From contig CAWABA010000006.1 in assembly GCA_963780185.1 (NCBI GenBank), positions 800,001 through 864,000 of the forward strand: DNA of 64,000 nt, read 5' to 3'. The stretch comes from Candidatus Bathyarchaeota archaeon (GTDB lineage: Archaea; Thermoproteota; Bathyarchaeia; Bathyarchaeales; Bathycorpusculaceae). A program made the translations under genes and the position numbers. A model generated the notes under the pieces. It saw only the letters and a program-made list of their open reading frames with translations, made no database searches and had not been told where the DNA came from. Positions 39,865 to 49,632 of this stretch are shown one piece after another (the stretch's first letter is position 1; every line of letters begins with the position of its first letter).

Positions 39865-40845
39865 ATGACTTTCAAACATCCATCAACCAAAACCGTTTTC
39901 GTCATAGCGGTCGCCGTCATCCTCGCCATAAACCTATACACCCTCGTTTTGGCATACCCCGAAACCCATACCCCTTCACACGGGATTACTTCGACGGCGC
40001 CGATACTGGCAAAAGACTTCTCAGCCTATTACATGGGCGCCTGGCGCCTCTGGAACAACCCATCACACATCTACACCTCCGGACTCCTAAACGACGGAGA
40101 ACCAACAATCCTGCCTCACCCTGAAACCTACAAGTACCTGCCATCCTTTCTGCTTCTCGTCTCACCTTTCCTCGCGTTGAACTATCAGCCTGCGCTCACG
40201 GCGTTTGACATCGTTCAGTTCCTGATGCTTCCGTTCATGGCGTTTTTCATTTACAAAATCTTAAGCGGTAAACCTCTTGCAGTGACCTTCATAGTTATCC
40301 TTGTTGCCCTTCTTCTGCCTCTCCCGTTCCCGCAGTGGGGCTTCTCGCCGAGTTACTATTGGCAGTGGGGCGAAGGACAAGCTAAAGTCTTCATCACCTT
40401 CCTGCTTCTGCTCAGCTTCTACCTTGGCTGGCGCAACAAACCAATCCTCTCAGGAATCGTCTATGCATTCGGGTTCTTTGACCCAAGGTTCGGGCTGCTG
40501 GCGATACCGCTTATCGTTGCGTACAACCGAAAAAACCTCAAACTTTTCGGGGCAAGCGCCGCCGTCTCTCTCGTTGTGTCAAATGGAATGCTGCTGATTT
40601 CAGGCATCCGCACAAGCTTCGTAACCATGGTTTTCTCCAACGCCGTAGCAACTCCGCTCTTCTACTACTCGTTAATCCCGCTAGTTACGTTGTCTGTGTT
40701 GATCGCAGTTAATTTTAAAGAGGAAGGCCGCGCGTTCGGTTTAATAAAAACCCGCAAAAATCCAGATGAAGCCAAAAAAAGACGAGAAACTTCCGAAAAA
40801 GCCTTGACACCCAAAAAAATTCAAAGTCAACACAGCCAAGAATAA
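39865..40845 (+). CDS. GT87/DUF2029-like membrane glycosyltransferase
   Basis: DFSAYY, YKYLPSF, GQ motif, multi-TM. Confidence 0.75.
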   Translation: MTFKHPSTKTVFVIAVAVILAINLYTLVLAYPETHTPSHGITSTAPILAKDFSAYYMGAWRLWNNPSHIYTSGLLNDGEPTILPHPETYKYLPSFLLLVSPFLALNYQPALTAFDIVQFLMLPFMAFFIYKILSGKPLAVTFIVILVALLLPLPFPQWGFSPSYYWQWGEGQAKVFITFLLLLSFYLGWRNKPILSGIVYAFGFFDPRFGLLAIPLIVAYNRKNLKLFGASAAVSLVVSNGMLLISGIRTSFVTMVFSNAVATPLFYYSLIPLVTLSVLIAVNFKEEGRAFGLIKTRKNPDEAKKRRETSEKALTPKKIQSQHSQE

Positions 40846-40939
40846 TATCCAGAAAACGCGTTTTTAGTCTTTCAACGCCTCTGTCGACGCTGTGGGTTTA
40901 CGCAAAAATTTAAGAGGGCACCTGTTCTTTTTTGTTCGC

Positions 40940-43900
40940 ATGAGAGTGGGGCATCGGAGCTTGGTTAGGCAGAGAGCCACAGCTGCGGCTTTGCTTCTCA
41001 TATGCATCTTTCTCATTGAGGTTCTAGCCCCCGCGTTGAATGCGTCCGTGGCAAGCGCCAACCTCCAACCCGCGTCAAGTCTAAGCCCGAACACTTCCGC
41101 CGAGAGTGAAACCTCAAGCTTAGGCCCGATGCAGACGGGAACCGTGAAGGTTTCAATAAGTTTAGCTGCCAGAAACGCCGCTCAACTGGACAGTTTCACT
41201 TCTTCGAATAAGACGCAACAAAACGGCGTGTCCCAAGCTCTTTCTGAAGCGCAGTTTGAAGCCGATTTCTCGCCTGCTCAAGCAGACTATGACAGGGCGT
41301 TAGCTTACCTTGTGAGCCAGAATTTGACTGTTACACAGACATGGACTAACAGGCTCCTCATCGACGCGGAAGGTTCCGTTTCCGACGTTGAAAGGGCGTT
41401 TGACACCGAAATCGGCTTATTTTCGTACATGAACCAAACTTTCTACAAGAGCGTGAACCCAATCACGGTTCCCTCGGCTTTAACCGGGTGCGGGATCACT
41501 GAAATCAGCGTTGACAGTTTTCCCGTCACTTCGTACGTTAACGTTGAAAAAGGGCACATAGCCCCTGCCGCCACGTCGAACGCCCTGCTTTTCGGGAGCC
41601 CAAGTGACTTTAGAACCCTCTACGGCACAACTCAAGCAATCCAAAACGGGTGGAACGGCACTGGAACAACAATCGCGATAGTAGACGCCTACGGTGACCC
41701 AACAATCGTCAGCGACGTAAACCTTTTTGATGCAGAATACAACCTGCCCGACATAAATTTGACTGTAGTAGGAACGTCTGGGAGTGACAACCAATGGGCT
41801 TTGGAAACGGCGTTAGATGTTGAGTGGGCACATGCGATGGCACCTGGAGCTACAATCAAGCTTCAACTTTCCCAAGACGAATCCGACCCAAACATGTTTG
41901 CGGCATTGCAAAACCTCGTTGCCAGCCAGAATCCTCCGAACGTAATCTCGCTAAGCTGGGGTATATCTGAGTCTCTTAGTTTGAATAATGCTTATTCGAA
42001 TATTTTCGCCGCGGCAGCAGCTAAAGGAATCGAGGTTTATGCCTCAACGGGCGATTATGGAGCGCACAACAACAAACAACAAATCGGTTTTTCCGTGAAT
42101 TACCCAGCCTCCAACCCAAATGTAGTTGCAGTTGGAGGAACTGAAGTCTACTACAACACGGTGCAGGGAGTAAATCAAACTTACGAGAACGGGTGGAGCG
42201 GAAGCGGCGGCGGATATTCAGCCCTATTCTCAGAGCCGAATTACCAGAAAAGCGCTGGAATCCCCAACCCAACTGGGAAAAGAGAAATCCCCGATGTGTC
42301 TTTAGACGCTGGAAGCGCCTCCCCTGTAAACATCTTTGAAGGCGGGAGCGAGACTGGCGTTTATGGAACAAGCTTAGCATCGCCTTTGATGGCCGCCATC
42401 GCCGCGGTTGCCTTAAACGAAGGCTACAACCTCAACAACACCGCCTTGTACAGCATGTACAGTTCAAGCAGCTACGGTGTTGCATTCCACGACATTTACC
42501 TGAGTGGAAACAACGGTTACCCAGTCCAGCAGGGTTGGGATGCAGTCACCGGATTAGGAACAATTAACTTTCAAAACTTTGTAGCCATCTCTGGCCAATC
42601 CTCGGGCGTATCCCTTGCGGCGCAATCGTTGACCCCCTCGGTTTTGATGCCAGGGCAAAGTTTCTCTTTGAATTACACAATAAACAATCCCAACAGCGCA
42701 GTGTCTATGACGCAAATCGGGTTAGGCGCAAGCATTCGTCTCCACGGAGCAAACGCATCAATAAACGACGCCTCCAACGACATATACCTCAACGTTCAAG
42801 GCGGCTTAAGCAACCAAACCAGACAGTTCTCAACAACCGCCTCTTTGGCTCAGGGCAGCTACGACGTGAACTGGCAGGTATGGATGGGTCAACCCGGCTT
42901 CGGCAATCTTCTGTCCTCCAGCGGCTGGCAGATGAATCAGCTTCAAATAGGTTCGGTCCCCACTGCAACTGTCATGCCCGGTTCTTGGACGATGGATGTC
43001 GGACAATCTGAACTCTTCACGGCTAATCCTTCAGGCGGCTCAGGAAGCTACTCTTCTTATCAATGGTACCTCAACGGCGCCTCCCAGAACGGCGCGACTT
43101 CGCAGACGTTTAATTATCAAGCCACATCCGCGGGTTCACCAACGATTACCGTAACCGTCACGGACGCGTTAGGTTTGACCTCCACGCAATCCACCGCCCC
43201 ATCAGTCACGGTGAATTCGGCTCCCTCTGTGAATGTTTCGCCAACCCTCGGCACCATAGATGTCGGCCAACCCCAACAATTCACCGCTCACGCCACAGGC
43301 GGCTCAACTCCGCTAAACTATCAATGGTACCTTGCAGGTTCTGCTGTTCCCGGCGAAACAGGCTCAACCTACACGTACACGGCTTCATTTTCGGGTTTCC
43401 CCCAGATTTACTGTAACGTAACTGACAGCGCCTCGCACCCAGTTACAGTTCAATCGAACACTCCTTCGGTCACCGTAAACCCAGCTTTGAATACGCCTGC
43501 CGTTTTTTCTTCTGCAAGCACGATAAATCAGGGTCAATCTTCAACCCTTTCAGTAACGGATCTCACGGGCGGCACAACACCATACAGCTACCAGTGGCTG
43601 CAGAAGGCTCCCAGTTCCAACTCTTACCTTTTGATTAATGGCGCAACGTTGCCGAGCTACGCGTTCATGACTTCAAGCTCGAACGAGACGGGGGGATGGT
43701 CATTTGAAGTCCAGGTAGCAGACGCCACGGGAGCATCGGTGACATCTAACCCTGTGTCAGTGACCTTAAATTTTGCGTTGGAAGCTCTGACCGTGACTTC
43801 GACTCTTGACACGGTGAATCAGGGTCAAGCATCAACTTTGTCATCTAGCACAATAACGACAGGAACATTGCCTTACACGTACCTGTGGCTCAGCGAGTCG

Positions 43901-44716
43901 CCTGGCACTTCATCTTACACGCCCATCAACGACGCGACTGCATCAAACTACAACTTTGCAACCTCAGCTTCCACTGCCACGGGAACATGGCGCTTCATCC
44001 TTCAAATCACCGACGGCGCAGGGACACAAGTGAATTCCACCGTAACCACAGTGACTGTCAACGCGCCCACGCCAACCGCCAACCCCACTCCAACCCCAAC
44101 AATCCAATCCACACCTTCCACATCGCCCACCCAATCACCAACACCCACGCCAACACCAACCCCAAACCCAGCCGTCATATCGACCGCCACCTCAACAGCA
44201 ACAGTGACCCAAAACTCAGCGACAGTTGACCAGACCTCTGCAACAGGCGTTAATGTTACCGTCAGTGGTTCTTCGTTGCAAGAAGGCGCACGCCTGAATG
44301 TAACTTCGATCTATTACGGTGACAATGCGCCTCAAGGAACTGGCGCCGTGTCGGTCAACGGAGCAGTCTTCTACGACGTCAGAGTCACATCAAGCAGCGG
44401 AGCCTTAAGCTCAAGCGTCTCCGTGACAGTAAGTCTCACGAACCCAGATTTCACTAGCGCCAGCGTCATAAAATACTGGAACGGGAACACCTGGGTCGCA
44501 GTCGCCACCACCTTTACCGCGCCACACACAGTGTCAGGCAAATTTCCCGCATCTGCCTTGACTGGAACCCCAATTTTAGTCGGAGTTCCCAAGGCATCCA
44601 CCCCGATTTCGTTTGCCCTAATAATTATCGTTTCAGCCGTTGTTGCCGTCGTGTTAATTTTGGGTGTGGTCTTTGTCTATGTAAAGAAGCGCCCTTGGGC
44701 AAAAAATGTTTTATAA
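40940..44716 (+). CDS. Surface-anchored S53 (sedolisin/kumamolisin) protease with prodomain, Ig-like repeats, PT linker and C-terminal TM
   Basis: ETALDVEWAHAMAPGA, STGDYG, GTSLASP, GWDAVTGLG; YQW repeats. Confidence 0.93.
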   Translation: MRVGHRSLVRQRATAAALLLICIFLIEVLAPALNASVASANLQPASSLSPNTSAESETSSLGPMQTGTVKVSISLAARNAAQLDSFTSSNKTQQNGVSQALSEAQFEADFSPAQADYDRALAYLVSQNLTVTQTWTNRLLIDAEGSVSDVERAFDTEIGLFSYMNQTFYKSVNPITVPSALTGCGITEISVDSFPVTSYVNVEKGHIAPAATSNALLFGSPSDFRTLYGTTQAIQNGWNGTGTTIAIVDAYGDPTIVSDVNLFDAEYNLPDINLTVVGTSGSDNQWALETALDVEWAHAMAPGATIKLQLSQDESDPNMFAALQNLVASQNPPNVISLSWGISESLSLNNAYSNIFAAAAAKGIEVYASTGDYGAHNNKQQIGFSVNYPASNPNVVAVGGTEVYYNTVQGVNQTYENGWSGSGGGYSALFSEPNYQKSAGIPNPTGKREIPDVSLDAGSASPVNIFEGGSETGVYGTSLASPLMAAIAAVALNEGYNLNNTALYSMYSSSSYGVAFHDIYLSGNNGYPVQQGWDAVTGLGTINFQNFVAISGQSSGVSLAAQSLTPSVLMPGQSFSLNYTINNPNSAVSMTQIGLGASIRLHGANASINDASNDIYLNVQGGLSNQTRQFSTTASLAQGSYDVNWQVWMGQPGFGNLLSSSGWQMNQLQIGSVPTATVMPGSWTMDVGQSELFTANPSGGSGSYSSYQWYLNGASQNGATSQTFNYQATSAGSPTITVTVTDALGLTSTQSTAPSVTVNSAPSVNVSPTLGTIDVGQPQQFTAHATGGSTPLNYQWYLAGSAVPGETGSTYTYTASFSGFPQIYCNVTDSASHPVTVQSNTPSVTVNPALNTPAVFSSASTINQGQSSTLSVTDLTGGTTPYSYQWLQKAPSSNSYLLINGATLPSYAFMTSSSNETGGWSFEVQVADATGASVTSNPVSVTLNFALEALTVTSTLDTVNQGQASTLSSSTITTGTLPYTYLWLSESPGTSSYTPINDATASNYNFATSASTATGTWRFILQITDGAGTQVNSTVTTVTVNAPTPTANPTPTPTIQSTPSTSPTQSPTPTPTPTPNPAVISTATSTATVTQNSATVDQTSATGVNVTVSGSSLQEGARLNVTSIYYGDNAPQGTGAVSVNGAVFYDVRVTSSSGALSSSVSVTVSLTNPDFTSASVIKYWNGNTWVAVATTFTAPHTVSGKFPASALTGTPILVGVPKASTPISFALIIIVSAVVAVVLILGVVFVYVKKRPWAKNVL

Positions 44717-45635
44717 ACAAAGCAAACGTAGAAGGAAGCCAAAGGGAAAGAATTTGCCAAAACAATTGTTAAGCCAAAAAGGCAAAGCGGTATTTTACAC
44801 CATTTTGGCTGGCGCCCTGTGGGGCACCTCTTTCCCAATCATCAAAATCGGCTTAGCATATACTGACCCGTTTGCCTTTCTCTTCTGGCGGTTTTTAGTC
44901 GCCTCTGTTGTGCTCGTAATCGCCATGCTGTTTATGAGGAAACTTGAGTTCAAGAAAGCAGACTGGAAGCTTCTTGTTTTTCTCGGCGCTGCAAACGCCG
45001 CTGGTTACCTTCTGCAGTACGTCGGCATGAATTACACCACAGCGGCGAAGGCGGCTCTTTTCATAAACTTAAGCGCAATGTGGGTTGCGCTGCTTAGCCC
45101 GAAACTGCTGGGTGAACGTTTCTCGAGGAAAAAAATCTTCGGTGTCCTTTTCGGTTTGGTTGGGATAGTTTTTGTAAGCACAAACTTGGATTTTCAAAGT
45201 TTGATGGGCGGACAAATAGTGGGCGACGTGATGCTGGTCGTTTCAGGCTTTGCGTGGGCGGTTTTCATGGTTTACAATAAACGGCTACTTAATACCTCCA
45301 CTTCGGCAACGTTCCAGTCGATGACGTGGGTGCTTGTGTTCACGATGCTTTCGATTCTGCCGTTTTCTTTTTTGGCTGGGTCACGGTTCTTTGCTTTAAG
45401 CGGGTCTGCATGGCTCGCCGTTTTCTACACAGCTATCGTATGCTGGGTCATACCGTACTATCTTTGGCTTGAAGGACTAAAGCATCTGTCGGCGTCCACC
45501 TCAACCGTTCTGCTTCTGTCCGAAATAGTAGTTGCGGTTGCCGTTTCCATTCTGGTGTTAAAAGAACCAATAACCGTCTTCTCCACGATAGGCGCTTTCT
45601 TCATTGTAATTGCAATTGCATTGGTTTCCCGATGA
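44706..45635 (+). CDS. EamA/DMT family transporter
   Basis: LWGTSFPIIK, two EamA repeats; TTG at 44754 is a plausible start. Confidence 0.92.
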   Translation: MFYKQSKRRRKPKGKNLPKQLLSQKGKAVFYTILAGALWGTSFPIIKIGLAYTDPFAFLFWRFLVASVVLVIAMLFMRKLEFKKADWKLLVFLGAANAAGYLLQYVGMNYTTAAKAALFINLSAMWVALLSPKLLGERFSRKKIFGVLFGLVGIVFVSTNLDFQSLMGGQIVGDVMLVVSGFAWAVFMVYNKRLLNTSTSATFQSMTWVLVFTMLSILPFSFLAGSRFFALSGSAWLAVFYTAIVCWVIPYYLWLEGLKHLSASTSTVLLLSEIVVAVAVSILVLKEPITVFSTIGAFFIVIAIALVSR

Positions 45636-45689
45636 ATTCTCGGCTTCAACGCTGAAAAAAGCAGGGCAAGCGTGTTGGAGGGTTTTGGC

Positions 45690-46265
45690 TTAAGCTTTTA
45701 TTTTTTTGATTAGCCAAGCCATGTTTTTGCCGAGGTTATCCATGGTTTTCAGGGCTTCTTCATCTTTGTCTGCGTCGCCTTTCTTGTTTGCCACTCCGAT
45801 GTTCCAGTATGAGGAACCTGGGACAATCATTTGGTTGATGAGGAAGAAGTGATTTATGGCGTCGAAAGTCGTCATGGCGCCTGCACGTCGGGCAACGGCA
45901 ACGGCGGCACCAACCTTGAACTTCAACACGTCAGGCGTCGCCCTGCAGACGAATCCTGCACGGTCGATAAGCGCCTTCATTTCAGGCGACATCATCCCAA
46001 AATACGTGGGCGAACCCAAAATCACGCCGTCAGCTTGCAGCATCTTCTGAATGTACGCGTTCACGTTGTCTGTGGTGATTGAGCAGCGTTGATTCTTAGT
46101 TTCGAAACATGCCCGGCAGGCGGTGCAGCCCTGGATTTGCTCTCCCGCAAGCTGAACCAGCTCGGTCTGGATGCCTTCCGCTTCGAGGACGCCGAGAACC
46201 CGTTTCAGAAGAATCGCGGTGTTTCCGTCTTTCCGCGCGCTACCATTGAAAGCAACAACATTCAT
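45690..46265 (-). CDS. Iron-sulfur flavoprotein (flavodoxin family)
   Basis: GSARKDGNT, CTACRAC...C, GSPTYF, KALIDR. Confidence 0.93.
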   Translation of the reverse strand: MNVVAFNGSARKDGNTAILLKRVLGVLEAEGIQTELVQLAGEQIQGCTACRACFETKNQRCSITTDNVNAYIQKMLQADGVILGSPTYFGMMSPEMKALIDRAGFVCRATPDVLKFKVGAAVAVARRAGAMTTFDAINHFFLINQMIVPGSSYWNIGVANKKGDADKDEEALKTMDNLGKNMAWLIKKIKA

Positions 46266-46358
46266 TTTTTTGAAACCTCAAAGTTTATCATTGAAAGTTA
46301 AAATAAAAAAGTAGCGGCTGAGGAGTCCCCGAGCGGGTTTTCCCCGACGCTTAGGTTT

Positions 46359-46853
46359 CTAGGCTTGCTTGTAGGTTACGTGGAATGTTCCTTGTCCACC
46401 GTTGGGGAAAATAAAGAAAATCGTGTAGCTTTGCGCGTCTGCTGCTCCGGTGAATGTTTCGGTGAAGGCTGTGTTTCCCTGTATGATTTTGTGGGCGTCC
46501 TGTATGTTGCTTAGGATTCCGTAGGTGTCGCCTGCTTGGCATTTGTAGTTTGTTCCGTTGTCCCAGTAGCCTTTGTAGATGTACAGCTCCGTCCAGCCTT
46601 GCGAGCCGCCGGGCATCTGAGTGCAATTTATTGTGAGCTGCCAATCTTGATGTGTACCAACCGTGAAGGGCACATAGCAAAGCGAAATGTTGCTCTCCAA
46701 GTATCTTAGGCAACTGTTTGTTCCTTTGACGGTGAAGTCAAGTGCTTGAGGCTGATGCTGAGCCTTTGCGGGTCCGATAGACAGCAGAAAAGCGCCTGCC
46801 CCAGCACAAGCCACAACGACTACGATTGTTAAAGCCACAAATTTCCAGTTCAT
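46359..46853 (-). CDS. Secreted/membrane-anchored hypothetical protein
   Basis: N-terminal hydrophobic segment; beta-rich domain with 4 Cys. Confidence 0.75.
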   Translation of the reverse strand: MNWKFVALTIVVVVACAGAGAFLLSIGPAKAQHQPQALDFTVKGTNSCLRYLESNISLCYVPFTVGTHQDWQLTINCTQMPGGSQGWTELYIYKGYWDNGTNYKCQAGDTYGILSNIQDAHKIIQGNTAFTETFTGAADAQSYTIFFIFPNGGQGTFHVTYKQA

Positions 46854-46881
46854 ATTTTTCCTCTCTTTCCAAGTTTTTGAT

Positions 46882-47916
46882 TCATTGTTTCCCTCGATAT
46901 GCTTGATTGGTAAGTTCGAGGTACGTCAAAACAAATGCCCCCACCGAAGCATTTAAGAATTTTGCATTTTCGACCTTCCCGCCCCGCCTACGCCTGATTG
47001 CAAGAACAGCAGCAGCCACCACGACAATCGCCAAGGCGACGCCTAAGGCAACCCACTCAGGGGTCACGGAAACCTTCGAGGGTGGAGAAGGCGGCTTAAC
47101 GGGGCTCTGAGTAAGCGGGTAGCGGTCATAGTCTAAAACGTCGATGACGTAGGGTGTGTCTCCTACGCCGTCGTGGTTAGCGTCGGTCCCGTTGTAGTCG
47201 CTCCAGTAGTTCCCTTCTCTGCCTTTGTCCCAGTCATGCGGCGTTTCTGACAGGTTGTATGATTTGCATTGGCAACCGCTGATTTGGATGTTGTTTTTCA
47301 AAAACGCGTTCTGATAAACCACCATATCGGGGGGGAACTGTCCCGAAGGTGAGTTGAACCCGAAGAAGAGCCCTTCGATGTTGTCTGAAACGTAGTTCCG
47401 TGTTATGGTGGAGTTTGAGCCTGACATAAGCAAGCCGACGATGCAGCCTGAAAATGCGTTCCCAACTATTGTGTTGTTTTTTGTCCAGATGTACATGCCG
47501 ATGCTAAAGTTTTCCACGTTTAAGTTCTCAACCGTGACGCCCCCGACGCTTTTGCCGCCTAAGTCAACACCTATCGTGTAGTAAGCCATCGTTGGGTCGG
47601 GTCCAGTTCCGACAACCCAGATATCCGTTGAATTACCGTTAAACGAACCCCTAAGCGTGTAGCCTGCGCCGTCCAGAACTACGTTGCTTCGCAGAACGTT
47701 GATTGCTCCGTAGATGTCGCGTGTAAAGGTGTAGGTGTCGCCGCTTCGTTGAATCGCTGCTGTGCTTGGGGAGATGGTTCCGTCTGGCTGAATAGTAATC
47801 GTCGGCAGAGTTGTTGGCGTCTGCGAAGCCGCTGGCTTAGCCAGCAAAACCGTCGAAGTAAACATTAGGAAAATAACCGCCAAAACGATTAATTTTTTCA
47901 TGTAAACCTTAGTCAT
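46882..47916 (-). CDS. NosD/CASH right-handed beta-helix surface protein
   Basis: Signal peptide, LDGAGYTL, GNYWSDYNGTDANHDGVGDTPY, DRYPL, C-terminal TM. Confidence 0.88.
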   Translation of the reverse strand: MTKVYMKKLIVLAVIFLMFTSTVLLAKPAASQTPTTLPTITIQPDGTISPSTAAIQRSGDTYTFTRDIYGAINVLRSNVVLDGAGYTLRGSFNGNSTDIWVVGTGPDPTMAYYTIGVDLGGKSVGGVTVENLNVENFSIGMYIWTKNNTIVGNAFSGCIVGLLMSGSNSTITRNYVSDNIEGLFFGFNSPSGQFPPDMVVYQNAFLKNNIQISGCQCKSYNLSETPHDWDKGREGNYWSDYNGTDANHDGVGDTPYVIDVLDYDRYPLTQSPVKPPSPPSKVSVTPEWVALGVALAIVVVAAAVLAIRRRRGGKVENAKFLNASVGAFVLTYLELTNQAYRGKQ

Positions 47917-49538
47917 TCAGACTCCGCCTTAACTTCATTTCCGTCGGCTAACCAATTTCTGGATTTGCAAACGGTTTTTCCTGCAAACTTGAACTCTAAG
48001 CAGCCTTCGTATGGGCACATTTCGACGCAGCGCAGACACCAAATGCACCCAGCTGGGGCGACGTCGCCGCTTTTTCGCTCATAAACCTCCTTAACCTGGG
48101 TTGGACACACTCGTTTGCAGACACCGCATTTCTTGCATTTCTCCTCATTCTTGTTCAGCTTAACCCCTGAAACCCACTTGAAAGGTGGAAACCGATTAAA
48201 CAACGCTATCAAGCCGCCAAGCGGGCAAATTCTGCACCATGACCGCCTGAAGTAGAATGCGGCGGCGGTAACCACCCCCAAAATGATTAGGTTTATCGAT
48301 GTCAAGTAGAATCCAAGTTGCCAAAATTGGCCGCCTGTGGTTTGGGTAAGCCAACCTGGCAGCTGCAGCCCCAACGCGACGTCAGCCAGCATGCAAAACG
48401 GCTTCATCGGGCAAACCTGGCAAAACGGAGCGGAATAGTAGTTCCAGACAAAGCCGCCTTTTTGGGTTCCTGGAACAAGCTGGGCTCCTGCTATGGCTTG
48501 TGAACCGAAAAGAATGCTGATTACGATGATGGCTGCCAAGATGACGTAGCTTAACTGGTGAAGTTGCTGGTTGAATTTGTCTGAAAAGTTCCGTCTTTTA
48601 ACCCTGAAAAGTTTTCTTAGCCGAGTCATCAAATCCAAGTATAACCCGAAGGGGCACACCCACCCACAGAAGGCCCTTCCAAGAACGACGGCTGCCACGA
48701 TGACCACGCCGAAAACTATGCCCAGCCGTTCAAGCCCCGTGGAGGTGTAGTGTACGCCCCAGCCGTTGCCGACGTTGAAGAACGGGTAAAGGTACGTTTG
48801 GATTTGCCACAGGGCGCAGGTTACGGTTCTTCCGCAGGGGTAGTAGCATCCGAAGAAAGGCGCTGGAAGCCCATCAGGCATAGAAACGCCCAAAGCGTTT
48901 GTGGCGACGAGAGATTCATGCGTCGAAAGCATTTCCACAGGCAAAGACAAGTACTGATGATCCCAGAAAACGCCGAAGAAAATAAGAAACAACAACCCGA
49001 TCTGGATAAGCAGCCGAAGTGAACTGATTTTTATAGTCATTTTTTTCAGGCTATAGACGAATCCGACGACGCCTAGGATCGACAGCGCCGCTGCTGAACC
49101 CAACACCGTGTAGTTGGGGTGATACTTTAGAGGTATGACTGAGGGCGGTGCGGTTGGGTTCGGGTTTGCTGGATCCGTCACCGTGGCGAAGAGCCTGTCG
49201 CATAAGACGCCGTTGATGGCAAATATGTTCCAGTATCCAGCCACGTCAAGTTTTTGCGTAACCGAGAAATTTCCCGTTTTAGGATCCGTCACGGGTTTTA
49301 CCTCGATGTATGAGAAGTCGGGTCTCGTGAAAACCACCCTTACAGTCTTGTCTGGTCCTGGGGGACAGATTTGCCCAGTAACCGTGACGGTTTGGTTGAT
49401 GTTGATTTGGGTGGTGTTTATGTCGGCGGTTACGCATGGACCATAACAGGCGTTGGCTGGCTGAACGTAGTATACGCTAACTAGATAAACAGCGATTATA
49501 ACCGCGATAGTTACGCAGAGAACAGCACGCTGTTTGAT
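47913..49538 (-). CDS. NapH/MauN/NosR-like 4Fe-4S membrane protein with N-terminal exported domain
   Basis: GRAFCGWVCPFG, CQVCP, WCRICPLG, two CxxCxxCxxxCP; frame stays open 67 codons upstream of the track start (49337), to an ATC at 49538, and encodes a signal-like segment. Confidence 0.85.
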   Translation of the reverse strand: MKQRAVLCVTIAVIIAVYLVSVYYVQPANACYGPCVTADINTTQININQTVTVTGQICPPGPDKTVRVVFTRPDFSYIEVKPVTDPKTGNFSVTQKLDVAGYWNIFAINGVLCDRLFATVTDPANPNPTAPPSVIPLKYHPNYTVLGSAAALSILGVVGFVYSLKKMTIKISSLRLLIQIGLLFLIFFGVFWDHQYLSLPVEMLSTHESLVATNALGVSMPDGLPAPFFGCYYPCGRTVTCALWQIQTYLYPFFNVGNGWGVHYTSTGLERLGIVFGVVIVAAVVLGRAFCGWVCPFGLYLDLMTRLRKLFRVKRRNFSDKFNQQLHQLSYVILAAIIVISILFGSQAIAGAQLVPGTQKGGFVWNYYSAPFCQVCPMKPFCMLADVALGLQLPGWLTQTTGGQFWQLGFYLTSINLIILGVVTAAAFYFRRSWCRICPLGGLIALFNRFPPFKWVSGVKLNKNEEKCKKCGVCKRVCPTQVKEVYERKSGDVAPAGCIWCLRCVEMCPYEGCLEFKFAGKTVCKSRNWLADGNEVKAESE

Positions 49539-49632
49539 GCCACCTCACCCTTCTCTCCGCATATGAGGTATATGTTGATATACCTTTTCAATTTACCGCT
49601 TGCAGGTCAAGCAGGCGCCGTTTAGGAAAACG

